Below the pieces are notes generated by a model. It ran no database searches and was not told the origin of the DNA. It worked only from the letters and a program-made list of their open reading frames with translations. Positions 26,149-37,611 of a stretch of DNA of 64,000 bases are shown piece after piece. The position numbers and the translations under genes were made by a program. How positions within the stretch are numbered: the stretch's first letter is position 1; each line of letters starts with the position of its first letter. The DNA is taken from positions 12,874 to 76,873 of the forward strand of contig JAATFG010000082.1 of the NCBI GenBank assembly GCA_015655355.1, given 5' to 3'. The stretch is from Lysobacterales bacterium (GTDB taxonomy: Bacteria > Pseudomonadota > Gammaproteobacteria > Xanthomonadales > Xanthomonadaceae).

Positions 26149-26847
26149 TCAGTCCGTGATTGCCGCCGCGCCGGTCGGCTCGACCGAGCTCACGCCTTCG
26201 ACCGCGAGCACGCGCGCGGCCGCGGCCTGCAGGCGTTCGCGCTCGACCTCGGTGGCGCAGCGCACGTCGAGCACGCTGCCGGCGCCGTCGTGTTTGAGCA
26301 GCAGGCGCTTGAACGGCAATTGCGCCGCGGCCAGCGCCTGTTCGATCGGCGCCAGCGCGGCGTTATTGGTGAAGGCGATGCGCAGGCCGCCGTTGCGCAG
26401 GCGCCGGCGTTGCAGGTAACGGCGCTCCAGCGGCTTGAGCAGGGCGAGGATGATCCACAGCATCGCGGTGGCGATGCTCGCCGCGGCGTACAGGCCGCTG
26501 CCGGCGGCCAGGCCGATCGAGGCGACCGCCCACAAGCCGGCGGCGGTGGTGAGGCCGCGAATGACTTGCTCGCGTTCGAGGAACAGGATCGTGCCGGCGC
26601 CGAGGAAGCCGACCCCGCTGACCACCTGCGCGGCGATGCGCGAGGGGTCGAGGATCACGTGTTGCTGGCCGAGCACGTCGTTGAAGCCGAACGCGGAGAC
26701 GATGATCGCCAGCGCCGAGCCGACGCAGACCAGCATGTGCGTGCGCAGGCCGGCGGCCCATTCGAGGCGGCCGCGGTTGACGCCGATGATGCCGCCGAGC
26801 AGCGCGGCCAGCAGCAGGCGCACGGCGATTTCCCAGGTTGGCAGCAT
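26149..26847 (-). CDS. MgtC/SapB family membrane protein
   Basis: GGAG RBS; AGLRTHMLV, DPSRIAAQVVSGVGFLGAG, GLTTAA. Confidence 0.92.
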   Translation of the reverse strand: MLPTWEIAVRLLLAALLGGIIGVNRGRLEWAAGLRTHMLVCVGSALAIIVSAFGFNDVLGQQHVILDPSRIAAQVVSGVGFLGAGTILFLEREQVIRGLTTAAGLWAVASIGLAAGSGLYAAASIATAMLWIILALLKPLERRYLQRRRLRNGGLRIAFTNNAALAPIEQALAAAQLPFKRLLLKHDGAGSVLDVRCATEVERERLQAAAARVLAVEGVSSVEPTGAAAITD

Positions 26848-26969
26848 GTGGTTCTCCTTCGGTTGCACGGGTGTTGCGTTCATTCTGGCGCTTGGCGCCG
26901 GCGCGCGCACGGCGGCAAGCCATGCTCCACTACAATGCCGAATCCTCCGCCTGCCCGACCGGACTTGCC

Positions 26970-27995
26970 GTGACGCTCCGCCGAATCCTGCTGTTGATCG
27001 CATTGCTGGCGCTGGCCGCGTGCGCGAAGAAGGCCGTCGAACCCGCGCCGGGCCAGGCGGTGTCGCTGGCCGCCGCGCAGGTGCGCACGTTGCCGCACGA
27101 CGTGCTGGTGTCCGGGCCGGTCGCCGCGGTCGAGGAAATGCAGTTGGGCGTCGAGCTGTCCGGCCTGCGCATCACCGCGCTCAACGTCGATGTCGGCCAG
27201 GGCGTGCGCAGGAACCAGGTGTTGCTCAGCCTCGACCATCGCGCGCTGGATGCGAACCTGGCGCAGGCGAAGGCGTCGCTCGACGTCGCCCAGGCCAACT
27301 ACAAGCGCGCGCAGACGCTGGCGACGCAGCAACTGATCGCCACGTCCGACGTCGACAGCTTGCGCGCGCAACTGGCGCAGGCGCAGGCGAATGCGGCGAC
27401 CACGCAATTGCAGCGCGATTTCGCCGACCTGCACGCGCCGGCCGACGGCGTGATCTCGGTGCGCAACGTGCTGCCGGGACAAGTCGTTTCCGCCGGCGTC
27501 GAACTGCTTGGCCTGATCCGCGACAGCAAGCTCGAATGGCGCGCCGAACTGGGCGAGGAGCCGCTGTCGCGCGTGCGCGTCGGCGATGCGGTGAGGATCG
27601 ATTACCACGGCGCGCAGGTCGTCGGCCGCATCCGCGCGGTCAGCCCCGGCGTCGACGCGAGCACGCGCACCGGCACGATCTATGCGGATTTGCCGCAGCC
27701 CGGCGCGCTCAAGACCGGCATCTACGTCGAAGGCCGCATCGTCACCGGCGCCGGCCCTGCGCTGGTGGTGCCGAACGCGGCGGTGGTCTCGCGCGACGGC
27801 CACGATTACGTGTTCGTGCCCGTCGCCAATGACGCGGTGGCGCGCAAGCGCGTGGACACCGCGGCGGGCGCGGATGGCTTCGTGCAGATCCTCGACGGCC
27901 TGAAGGAAGGCGACAAGGTCGTGGTCGATGGCGCCGGCTTCCTCGGCGACGGCGACAGGATCCGCATCGTCGCGCCGCAAGGCACCGCGCCATGA
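26970..27995 (+). CDS. RND efflux membrane fusion (periplasmic adaptor) lipoprotein
   Basis: GTG start; lipobox LAAC; lipoyl halves (VDVGQGV, APADGVIS); GLKEGDKVV. Confidence 0.9.
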   Translation: MTLRRILLLIALLALAACAKKAVEPAPGQAVSLAAAQVRTLPHDVLVSGPVAAVEEMQLGVELSGLRITALNVDVGQGVRRNQVLLSLDHRALDANLAQAKASLDVAQANYKRAQTLATQQLIATSDVDSLRAQLAQAQANAATTQLQRDFADLHAPADGVISVRNVLPGQVVSAGVELLGLIRDSKLEWRAELGEEPLSRVRVGDAVRIDYHGAQVVGRIRAVSPGVDASTRTGTIYADLPQPGALKTGIYVEGRIVTGAGPALVVPNAAVVSRDGHDYVFVPVANDAVARKRVDTAAGADGFVQILDGLKEGDKVVVDGAGFLGDGDRIRIVAPQGTAP

Positions 27996-30900
27996 ATTTC
28001 TCCGCGTGGGCGATCAAGCGCCCGTTGCCGGCGGTGTTGGCCTTCTTCGTGCTGTGCGTCAGCGGCCTGGTCGGCTTCAAGCAACTGGCGGTCGCGCGCT
28101 ATCCCGACGTCGCCTTCCCGATGACCACGGTGACGGTGATCTGGCCCGGCGCGGCGCCGTCGCAGCTGGAAGCGCAGGTCACCCGCTACGTCGAGGACAG
28201 CGTGGCGACGATCCCGAACGTGAAGCGGGTGATGTCGGTCGTCACCGACGGCACCAGTTCCACCCAGATCGAATTCTTCCTCGGCACCGACCTCAACACC
28301 GCGCTCGACGACACCCGCGACGCGGTCACGCGCGTGCGCACCGAACTGCCGCAGGACATCCAGGAACCGGTGATCGACAAGATCGACATCGGTGGCTCGC
28401 TGATGACCTGGGCGGTGGTCGCGCCGAATTTGAGCGTGGACGAGGCCAGCTGGTTCGTCGACCACGACGTCTCGCGCGCGATGTACGGCGTGCAGGGCGT
28501 GGCCCAGGTGTCGCGCATCGGCGGCGTCGACCGGCAAGTGCGCGTCGACCTCGACCCGAACAAGCTGCTGGCCTATGGCGTCACCGCCGGCGCGGTGTCG
28601 CAGCAACTGGCCAACATCCAGGTCGAACTGGCCGGCGGCAAGACCGAACTCGACGGCGGCGAGCAGGCCATCCGCACCGTCGCCACCGTCGCCGATGCGC
28701 AGGCGCTGCGCGGTTACAGCATCAGCCTGCCGGACGGGCGTTCGGTGCGTTTGTCGGACCTCGCCGCGATCAGCGATGCCGCCGCCGACCCGACCCAGGC
28801 GGCGCTGCTCGACGGCAAACCCATCGTCAGCTTCTCGCTCTCGCGCACCCGCGGTTCCAGCGAAGTCACCGTCGAAAAAGGCGTGCTGAAGGCGCTCGAC
28901 GCGTTGAAGGCCGCGCATCCGGGCGTGGATTTCAGGCTCGTCACCACCTCGGTCGAGGACACCCACCGCTCCTACGATTCGTCGATGGAAATGCTGTACG
29001 AAGGCGCGATCCTCGCCCTGCTCGTGGTGTGGCTGTTCCTGCGCGACTGGCGGGCGACCTGGGTGAGCGCGCTGGCGCTGCCGCTGTCGATCATTCCCAC
29101 CTTCGCGGTGATGTGGTGGTTCGGCTTCAGCCTCAACCTGCTGACCTTGCTGGCGCTGTCGGTCGTGGTCGGCATCCTCGTCGACGACGCCATCGTCGAG
29201 ATCGAGAACATCGTGCGCCACCTGCGCATGGGCAAGCCGCCGCTGGAAGCGGCGAGGGACGCGGCCGGCGAAATCGGCAACGCGGTGATCGCCACCTCGA
29301 TGACCCTGGCCGCGGTGTTCGTGCCGGTCGCGTTCATGCCCGGCATCGCCGGCAAGTTCTTCCGCGAGTTCGGCTGGACCGCGGCCACCGCGGTGCTGTT
29401 CTCGCTGCTGGTGGCGCGCCTGCTGACGCCGATGATGGCCGCGTACCTGCTCAAGCCGGTAGATGAAAAACGCGTGCATCACGGCGAGGGCAGGTTGATG
29501 GCGTGGTACCTCGGCTGGGTCGACGCGGCGTTGCGGCACCGCATGCGCACGCTGCTGATCGCGGTCGGGTTCTTCATTCTTTCGCTGGCACTGCTGCCGC
29601 TGATCCCGACCACCTTCATCCCGACCTCGGACATCGGCCGCAGCAACCTGATGCTGGAGCTGCCGCCGGGCGCGCCGATCGAACGCACCGTCGCCGTGGC
29701 CGAGCGCGCGCGCAAGGAATTGCAGGCCGGCATTCCCGAGTTGAAGCAGGTCTACACGATGGTCGGCAGCAACCTCGACGTCGGCGATCCGTCCAAGACC
29801 GGCGTCGCCGGCGCGCGCAAGGCCACGTTGATCCTCGACTGGGGCCACGAGAAGGAACGCAAGCGTTCGCAGCGCGAGCTCGAAGCGGACGTGCGCAAGC
29901 GCCTTGCGGATTTGCCCGGCGTGCGCTTGAGCTACGTCAGCAACGAGCCGGGCGACCAGATGCAACTGGTGCTGGCCGGCGACGACCCGCGCGTGCTCGA
30001 TGCGACCGCGATCGAGGTCCAGCGCGAAATGCGCGCGCTGCCGGGCCTCGGCAACGTGTCCTCGTCGGCCTCGCTGCTGCGTCCGGAAATCCAGATCATT
30101 CCCGACGCCGCCCGCGCCGCCGACCTGGGCGTGAGCACCGCCGCGATCGCCGCCGCCGCGCGCGTGGCCACCGCCGGCGACTACGCGCAGTTCATGGCCA
30201 AGCTGAACCTGCCGGACCGGCAGGTGCCGATCCACGTCGGCTTCGCCCAGGACGTGCTGCGCGACCCGGCCCTGATCGGGCAGTTGCGCGTGCCCGGCAA
30301 GAACGGCGCGGTGCCGCTGGCGTCGGTCGCCGACATCCGCCTCGGCAGCGGGCCGTCGGAGATTTCACGCTACCAGCGCCAGCGCGACGTGGTCCTCGTC
30401 GCCGAACTCAACGGGCGCCCGCTCGGCGACACGATGCAGGCGGTCAACAAGCTGCCGGCGATGCAGCACCTGCCGGCGGGCATCAGCACGATCAACGCCG
30501 GCGACAACGAAGTGTTCGTCGAGATGTTCCTCGGCTTCGTGATGGCGATGTTCGCCGGGCTGGCCTGCATCTACATGGTGCTGCTGTTGCTGTTCAACCA
30601 CGCGCTGATGCCGGTCACCATCCTCGCCGCGGTGCCGCTGTGCGCCGGCGGCGCGTTCGGCGCGCTGCTGGTGACCCACAACATGCTGTCGCTGCCGGCG
30701 CTGATCGGCTTGCTGATGCTGATCGGCATCGCCACCAAGAACTCGATCCTGCTGGTCGACTACGCGGTGATGGCCGAGGACGAGCACGGCCTGAGCCAGC
30801 ACGACGCGCTGATCGACGCCTGCCGCAAGCGCGCCCAGCCGATCATCATGACCACGGTGGCGATGGGCGCGGGCATGCTCCCGATCGCGCTGGGCCTGGC

Positions 30901-31075
30901 CGAGAACTCCAGCTTCCGCGCGCCGATGGCGATCTCGGTGATCGGCGGCCTGATCACCTCCACGCTGCTGAGCCTGATCGTGATCCCGGCCGCGTACACC
31001 GTCGTCGACGACATCGGCGAATGGGCCGCGCGCAAGTTCCGCCACGCCTCCTCGCATCCGCGCGCGCCGCACTGA
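27992..31075 (+). CDS. RND efflux permease (HAE1-like)
   Basis: 1027 aa; GILVDDAIVEIENI, KNSILLVD, RAQPIIMTT. Confidence 0.95.
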   Translation: MNFSAWAIKRPLPAVLAFFVLCVSGLVGFKQLAVARYPDVAFPMTTVTVIWPGAAPSQLEAQVTRYVEDSVATIPNVKRVMSVVTDGTSSTQIEFFLGTDLNTALDDTRDAVTRVRTELPQDIQEPVIDKIDIGGSLMTWAVVAPNLSVDEASWFVDHDVSRAMYGVQGVAQVSRIGGVDRQVRVDLDPNKLLAYGVTAGAVSQQLANIQVELAGGKTELDGGEQAIRTVATVADAQALRGYSISLPDGRSVRLSDLAAISDAAADPTQAALLDGKPIVSFSLSRTRGSSEVTVEKGVLKALDALKAAHPGVDFRLVTTSVEDTHRSYDSSMEMLYEGAILALLVVWLFLRDWRATWVSALALPLSIIPTFAVMWWFGFSLNLLTLLALSVVVGILVDDAIVEIENIVRHLRMGKPPLEAARDAAGEIGNAVIATSMTLAAVFVPVAFMPGIAGKFFREFGWTAATAVLFSLLVARLLTPMMAAYLLKPVDEKRVHHGEGRLMAWYLGWVDAALRHRMRTLLIAVGFFILSLALLPLIPTTFIPTSDIGRSNLMLELPPGAPIERTVAVAERARKELQAGIPELKQVYTMVGSNLDVGDPSKTGVAGARKATLILDWGHEKERKRSQRELEADVRKRLADLPGVRLSYVSNEPGDQMQLVLAGDDPRVLDATAIEVQREMRALPGLGNVSSSASLLRPEIQIIPDAARAADLGVSTAAIAAAARVATAGDYAQFMAKLNLPDRQVPIHVGFAQDVLRDPALIGQLRVPGKNGAVPLASVADIRLGSGPSEISRYQRQRDVVLVAELNGRPLGDTMQAVNKLPAMQHLPAGISTINAGDNEVFVEMFLGFVMAMFAGLACIYMVLLLLFNHALMPVTILAAVPLCAGGAFGALLVTHNMLSLPALIGLLMLIGIATKNSILLVDYAVMAEDEHGLSQHDALIDACRKRAQPIIMTTVAMGAGMLPIALGLAENSSFRAPMAISVIGGLITSTLLSLIVIPAAYTVVDDIGEWAARKFRHASSHPRAPH

Positions 31076-31141
31076 GGCGCGCGCGGCCGCCGCCGGGAAC
31101 GCCACAATCGCCTCGGAGAACGCCGGCTTTAGACTGTGCGC

Positions 31142-31315
31142 ATGAGCGATGTTCCCGACGACGATCCGCGCCCAAGCGAACCCATGCCTCCCGGCCCCAA
31201 CGAATGCTGCGAAAGCGGCTGCCCGATCTGCGTGCTCGATCTCTACGCCGACGAATTGCGCGACTACCGCGAGAAACTCGCCGCGTGGAAGGCGCGCCAT
31301 CCTGGCGCGGCGTGA
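31142..31315 (+). CDS. Small Cys-rich protein with oxidoreductase-like domain (57 aa, absent from ORF track)
   Basis: MSDVPDDDPRPSEPMPPGPNECCESGCPICVLDLYADELRDYREKLAAWKARHPGAA; CCxSGCxxCV motif. Confidence 0.85.
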   Translation: MSDVPDDDPRPSEPMPPGPNECCESGCPICVLDLYADELRDYREKLAAWKARHPGAA

Positions 31316-32508
<1,193 letters not shown>

Positions 32509-32509
<1 letters not shown>

Positions 32510-33351
32510 TGCAACGCATCGAACACCGCGCCTGCTTCGGCGGCTGGCAGGACGTGTACCGCCACCAATCGCGCACGCTGGGTTGCGCGATGAACGTCGG
32601 CGTCTATCTGCCGCCGCAGGCTGCGCACGAAAAACGGCCGGTGCTGTACTGGCTGTCCGGCCTGACCTGCACCGAGCAGAACTTCATCACCAAGGCCGGC
32701 GCGCAGCGTTACGCGGCCGAGCACGGCCTGATCCTGGTCGCGCCGGACACCAGCCCGCGCGGTGACGACGTGGCCGATGCCGACGCTTACGACCTTGGCA
32801 AGGGTGCCGGTTTCTACCTCGACGCCACGCAGGTGCCGTGGGCCGCGCATTACCGCATGCACGACTACGTCGTCGCGGAATTGCCGGCGCTGATCGAAGC
32901 GAACTTCAACGCGACCGAGGCGCGCGGCATTTCCGGCCACTCGATGGGCGGCCACGGCGCGCTGACGATTGCGCTGAAGCACCCCGGCCGCTACCACAGC
33001 GTGTCGGCGTTCTCGCCGATCGTTGCGCCGACGCAAGTGCCGTGGGGCGAAAAGGCGTTCGCCGCGTATCTTGGCGAGGATCGCGAAGCGTGGAAGCAAT
33101 ACGACGCGGTCGAACTGATCGCGCAGGCGCAGGGCCAACCGGTCGAAAACAAGCTGCCGCTGCTGATCGAGCAGGGTGGCGCCGACGAATTCCTCGCCAC
33201 CCAGCTCAAGCCGCAGTTGTTGCAAGCCGCGGCGGCGGCGGCGGGACATCCGCTGCAATTCAACCTGCGTGACGGCTACGACCACAGCTACTACTTCATC
33301 GCCAGCTTCATCGGCGGGCACATTGCCCACCACGCCCGCGCGTTGAAATGA
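32509..33351 (+). CDS. fghA: S-formylglutathione hydrolase
   Basis: TGATG coupling to frmA; WLSGLTCTEQNF, GHSMGG, GYDHSYYF. Confidence 0.95.
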
Positions 33352-33455
33352 GGCGGCGCCAGCCCGGCACGGCATGAGCTCATGACGGCTGCGCATTTGC
33401 AGCCATCGCGCGGCCTCGCCAGCATGGCGGTTCCTGCTATCGAGTGGAATCGCCC

Positions 33456-34706
33456 ATGCGCATCGCATCGCTGGCCTTGCTGGCCCTTTCCGTCCTGCCG
33501 CTCGCATCGCCGGCAGCCACGCCCGGGGCGAAACCGTGGACCGGGCAATGGCAGGCGGTCGCCGACAACGGCACGCTGCGGATTCCGTTCCGCTACGAAA
33601 TCGTCGACGGCCAGCGCGGCCTCGAAGGCCGCTTCTTCAACGGCGACGATGCCATTGCATCGAGCGCGGCCACGCTCGACGGCAACCACCTGCAACTGCG
33701 CTATGACGCCTTCGAGCGCGTGCTCGACCTGCAGCGGCAGGCCGATGGCAGCTTCGCCGGCACCTATGCGCCGGCCGATGCGGATGCGAAAGCCGCGCCG
33801 TGGAAGATTTCCGCCCGTCGTGCCGGCGCGCCCGAGGCCGTGGACAAGGGCGCGCCGCAGATCGACGGCGTGTGGATCCTGCCGGCGCAGAGCAAGAAGG
33901 CCAACGAATACGCGTGGCGCTTCATCGCCCACCAGCAGGGCGGCCAGCTCAGCGCGTCGGTGCTGCGCGTCGGCGGCGATACCGGTGCGCTGACCGGCAC
34001 CTGGCGGGACGGGCAGTGGAACCTCGCCAACTTCTCCGGCAACCGCGCGGCGCTGGCGACGGTCAAGCCGGCGCACGACGACAAGGGCAATGCCACGCTC
34101 GACGTCGCGCTGTCGGATTCCCACGGGGGGTTCTCGCATTACGCCGCGTATCGCCCGGACGTGGCGAAGAAACTCGGCCTGCCCGATGCGGCGGACCTGT
34201 CCACGCATACCGGCGTGCGCGACGCGGACGAAGTGTTCGCGTGGAGCTTCAAGGACTTGAACGGCAACCTGGTGTCGAACACCGACGCGCGCTTCAAGGA
34301 CAAGGTGGTGCTGGTCGACGTGAGCGGCAGCTGGTGCCCGAATTGCCACGACGAAGCGCCGTTCCTCGACGCGCTGTACAAGAAGTACCACGCGCGCGGC
34401 CTCAAAATCGTCACCCTCGATTTCGAGGACCCGGACGAATACGCCGATCCGGCGCGGCTGCGCGCCTTCATCGCCCGATACAAGCCGGCGTTCCCGGTGC
34501 TGCTCGCCGGCACCACCGAGCAGGCGCAGGAAAAACTGCCGCAGGCGGTGAACCTGGATTCGTGGCCGACCACGTTCTTCATCGGCCGCGACGGCAAGGT
34601 CAAGCACGCGCACAGCGGTTTCTCGGCGAAGGCGACCGGCCAGTTCAACGCGGACGTGCACGCCGAATTCGAGCGGCAGATCGAAACCTTGCTGGCGCGG
34701 AAGTGA
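33456..34706 (+). CDS. Secreted TlpA-like thiol-disulfide oxidoreductase with a large N-terminal beta domain
   Basis: Signal peptide; KVVLVDVSGSWCPNCHDE, WPTTFFIGRDG. Confidence 0.88.
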   Translation: MRIASLALLALSVLPLASPAATPGAKPWTGQWQAVADNGTLRIPFRYEIVDGQRGLEGRFFNGDDAIASSAATLDGNHLQLRYDAFERVLDLQRQADGSFAGTYAPADADAKAAPWKISARRAGAPEAVDKGAPQIDGVWILPAQSKKANEYAWRFIAHQQGGQLSASVLRVGGDTGALTGTWRDGQWNLANFSGNRAALATVKPAHDDKGNATLDVALSDSHGGFSHYAAYRPDVAKKLGLPDAADLSTHTGVRDADEVFAWSFKDLNGNLVSNTDARFKDKVVLVDVSGSWCPNCHDEAPFLDALYKKYHARGLKIVTLDFEDPDEYADPARLRAFIARYKPAFPVLLAGTTEQAQEKLPQAVNLDSWPTTFFIGRDGKVKHAHSGFSAKATGQFNADVHAEFERQIETLLARK

Positions 34707-34743
34707 TCACGGTTTTCTTTCCATTCCCCACGACGGCCGGCCC

Positions 34744-35727
34744 ATGTCCTCCCACTCGATCAAGCCGTTCGCGCTGACCGGCGTTCTGCTCGCGCTCGCG
34801 TTCAACGCGCAGGCGCAATACCGCGACGAAGCCCGGCCCGACGGCATCACCGAGCAATCGAAGCAACTCTTGCTCGGCCAGCCCTATGCCGGCAAAGCCG
34901 GGCCGACGCCGAAACTCGCCGACGGCCATCCTTCGCTCAATGGCGTGTGGAAGCTGCTGCACGAAGACGCCAGGCCCGATGGCAACCTCGGCAAGGACCT
35001 GCCGAACTTCCAGTTGCCCTACACCGCCAATGGCAAGGCGCAGCTCGCCGCGAACTACAAGCAGATCGACCCGGAAGCCAAGTGCATCATCGTCGGCATT
35101 CCGCGCGCGCTGACCGAGGTGCTGCCGTTCGAGATCGTGCAGACGTCGCGGCGTTTGGCGACGCTCGGCCAATTCGGCTGGCATCGCTGGGTGTGGACCG
35201 ACGGCCGCCAGCCGCCGAGCGATCCGGATCCGCGCTACACCGGCAACGCGGTCGGGCATTGGGAAGGCGACACGCTCGTCATTCGTTCAACCGCTTTCCA
35301 CGACAGCAGCGACGGCAAGGCCTGGCTCGACGACAACGCCAATCCGATCGGCAGCGATGCGGTGCTGGTCGAACGCTGGACGCGGCCTGACCTGCATCAC
35401 TTGAATCTCGATCTCGTCTACACCGACGCGGCGTATTACAGCGCGCCGATCCACTACACGCGCCACTTCGTGCTCGCGCCGGAGGGCGAAGCGCTGCCGC
35501 AGGTGTCGTGCGAATGGAATACCGATTGGGTCGTCACCAGCCTCGAGCCTGGCCCCGGCAAGATCGGCGCGGACGGCAATCGCTATTTCGGCCCGGACAA
35601 GCAGATCGTGCCGGATTGGCCGCTGGGTTCGGTGTCCGACCCGACCCGCGCGACCGGCTATTGGCTGTATCGCAAGAACAAGCCGAAGCCGTCGGATTTG
35701 CCGGCCGATGCTGCGCAGGCCAAGTGA
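34744..35727 (+). CDS. Uncharacterised secreted protein (paralog A)
   Basis: Signal peptide; PTPKLADGHPSLNGVW, DPEAKC, GHWEGDTLVI, VERWTRPD, QVSCEWN. Confidence 0.85.
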   Translation: MSSHSIKPFALTGVLLALAFNAQAQYRDEARPDGITEQSKQLLLGQPYAGKAGPTPKLADGHPSLNGVWKLLHEDARPDGNLGKDLPNFQLPYTANGKAQLAANYKQIDPEAKCIIVGIPRALTEVLPFEIVQTSRRLATLGQFGWHRWVWTDGRQPPSDPDPRYTGNAVGHWEGDTLVIRSTAFHDSSDGKAWLDDNANPIGSDAVLVERWTRPDLHHLNLDLVYTDAAYYSAPIHYTRHFVLAPEGEALPQVSCEWNTDWVVTSLEPGPGKIGADGNRYFGPDKQIVPDWPLGSVSDPTRATGYWLYRKNKPKPSDLPADAAQAK

Positions 35728-35737
35728 GGACGCGCCG

Positions 35738-36646
35738 ATGAAGATTCCGATGCAGCACATTCTCGCTTTCGCCGTGCTTGCCGCACTGAGTTTCGGCATC
35801 GAGGCGCAGACCAAGGACCCGAGCGGACGCGTCGGCGGCGCGCCGGATGCGAGCGACGAAGACCTGTTCAAGCCGCTGAACTACAAGGGCCCGCCGTTGC
35901 CGACGCCGCGCCTGGCCGATGGCCACCCGGACCTGAGCGGCTTCTGGCAAGGCCAGCACAACCAGGGCGTGCCCGGTGGCAATTTCGGCAAGGATTATCC
36001 GGATTTCGTTTTGCCATACACCGAGCTGGGCAAGCGCGCGCTGATCTACAGCCAGAACCACACGCCCGACCCGGATGCGATCTGCACGCCCGGCGGCATT
36101 CCGCGCCACGACGCCAGCGGCCTGCCGTTCGAGGTGCTGACCACGCCGGAGCGCTTCGTTTCGTTCTACCACTACACCACGCACCGCGTCGCGGTGATCG
36201 GCAAGAAACGCGCGTTGCCGGCGAATCCGGCGCCGAGTTATTTCGGCACGAACGTGGCGTACTGGGACGGCGACACGCTGGTGATCGAAACCGAAGGCCT
36301 GCGTGATTCGAGCATCGACAAGATCTGGCTCGACGAGAACGGCAACCCGACCAGCGATGCGACCACCGTGGTCGAACGCTGGACGCGCCCGGACTACCAC
36401 CACTTGAGCGTGCAGGTAACGGTGAACGACCCGAGGTACTACAAGGCGCCGATCCACTTCGACCGCACCTGGGATTTCGGCGGCGACGACCGCGGCCTCG
36501 GCGAATACTCGTGCAACGAGAACAACATCGACGCGGCGGCGATCGGCCCCGGCGCCGGCGTGATCGGACCGGACGGCAATCGCGGCTACGGCAACGACAA
36601 GCCGCTGCCGAAGGATCCGCCGGGACCGGAAGCCTACGGGTTGTGA
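35738..36646 (+). CDS. Uncharacterised secreted protein (paralog B)
   Basis: GAGGA RBS; signal peptide; PTPRLADGHPDLSGFW, DPDAIC, YWDGDTLVI, VERWTRPD, EYSCNENN. Confidence 0.85.
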   Translation: MKIPMQHILAFAVLAALSFGIEAQTKDPSGRVGGAPDASDEDLFKPLNYKGPPLPTPRLADGHPDLSGFWQGQHNQGVPGGNFGKDYPDFVLPYTELGKRALIYSQNHTPDPDAICTPGGIPRHDASGLPFEVLTTPERFVSFYHYTTHRVAVIGKKRALPANPAPSYFGTNVAYWDGDTLVIETEGLRDSSIDKIWLDENGNPTSDATTVVERWTRPDYHHLSVQVTVNDPRYYKAPIHFDRTWDFGGDDRGLGEYSCNENNIDAAAIGPGAGVIGPDGNRGYGNDKPLPKDPPGPEAYGL

Positions 36647-36650
36647 TCGA

Positions 36651-37097
36651 TCACAGCAGCCCGACCGCGCGTCCGCAGATCGCGGTGCCGATCCACAGCA
36701 GCACCGCGAGCGCGGCGACGGTTTTCAACGGCTTGCGTTGCACGAAGAACTGTGCAATCACCGCCAGCAATAACAGCAGCGCTTTCAGCCGGAACGCGGG
36801 ATTGGCGTAGTACTTCAGCGGGTCGGCGACGAACAGCCAGGTGCCTGCGAGCACGGCGACGATCAAGCCGGCGAGCAGCCACGGTTTCAAGGCCTGGGTC
36901 GCGCGCGTGATCGAAACGGCGCGAATGCCGAGATTCAGCACGCGCAGGTCGATCAGCAGCGAGGCGCCGACTAGCAGGGCGATGCCGAGCAGGTGCACCG
37001 CCATGAACGCGCCGAACCACAGGTAATGCGCCTCGTTGAAGGCGTGCGAAATCGCAGTGTGCGACAGCCATTCGAAAAGCGAACGCGGGAAAGTCAT
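36651..37097 (-). CDS. DUF6644-like small membrane protein (paralog 2)
   Basis: About 4 TM segments; FEWLSHT, VHLLGIALLVG, DLRVL, YANPAFRLK, CGRAVG. Confidence 0.75.
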   Translation of the reverse strand: MTFPRSLFEWLSHTAISHAFNEAHYLWFGAFMAVHLLGIALLVGASLLIDLRVLNLGIRAVSITRATQALKPWLLAGLIVAVLAGTWLFVADPLKYYANPAFRLKALLLLLAVIAQFFVQRKPLKTVAALAVLLWIGTAICGRAVGLL

Positions 37098-37107
37098 GCG
37101 CTTCGAC

Positions 37108-37599
37108 TCAGAAGATGAAGGCGATCAGGCGACCGAACACGAGGATCGCCGCCCACAGCGCCAGCGATGCGCAGCCGGCGATCTTCGCGCGCAGCGGCGG
37201 CGCGGGCAGCAGGTTCCAGCGCGCCTCGTTTTTGCCGAATGCGACGTGCCAGGCGCCGATGTTGATTGCGGCCAGAATCAGCAGCACGAACTTGGTCACC
37301 AGCATCGGGTTGTTCCAGATCGTCTCGGCTTCGGACAGGAACAGCAGCAGGCCGCTGGCAAACGCGAGGGCCGCGCCGACGAAGGCCAGCGGCAACACCG
37401 AATTGCTCAGGCGCGCGATCGGCACCTCGATGAAAACCTTGCCGAGCAGGCGCAGGTCGACCACGGCGATGCTGCCGAGCAGGACGATCACGCCGAGCAC
37501 GTGCAGCACGTCCAGCGCCGGGTACAGGTACAGCGATTCGCGCACATAGGTGCTGAGCGGCAAGTCGTACAGCCACTCGAAGAAGGCCGGGGTGGTCAT
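37108..37599 (-). CDS. DUF6644-like small membrane protein (paralog 1)
   Basis: About 4 TM segments; FEWLYD, LHVLGVIVLLG, DLRLLG, NNPMLVTK, FGRLIAF. Confidence 0.78.
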   Translation of the reverse strand: MTTPAFFEWLYDLPLSTYVRESLYLYPALDVLHVLGVIVLLGSIAVVDLRLLGKVFIEVPIARLSNSVLPLAFVGAALAFASGLLLFLSEAETIWNNPMLVTKFVLLILAAINIGAWHVAFGKNEARWNLLPAPPLRAKIAGCASLALWAAILVFGRLIAFIF

Positions 37600-37611
37600 G
37601 CCGGTGCGCGC

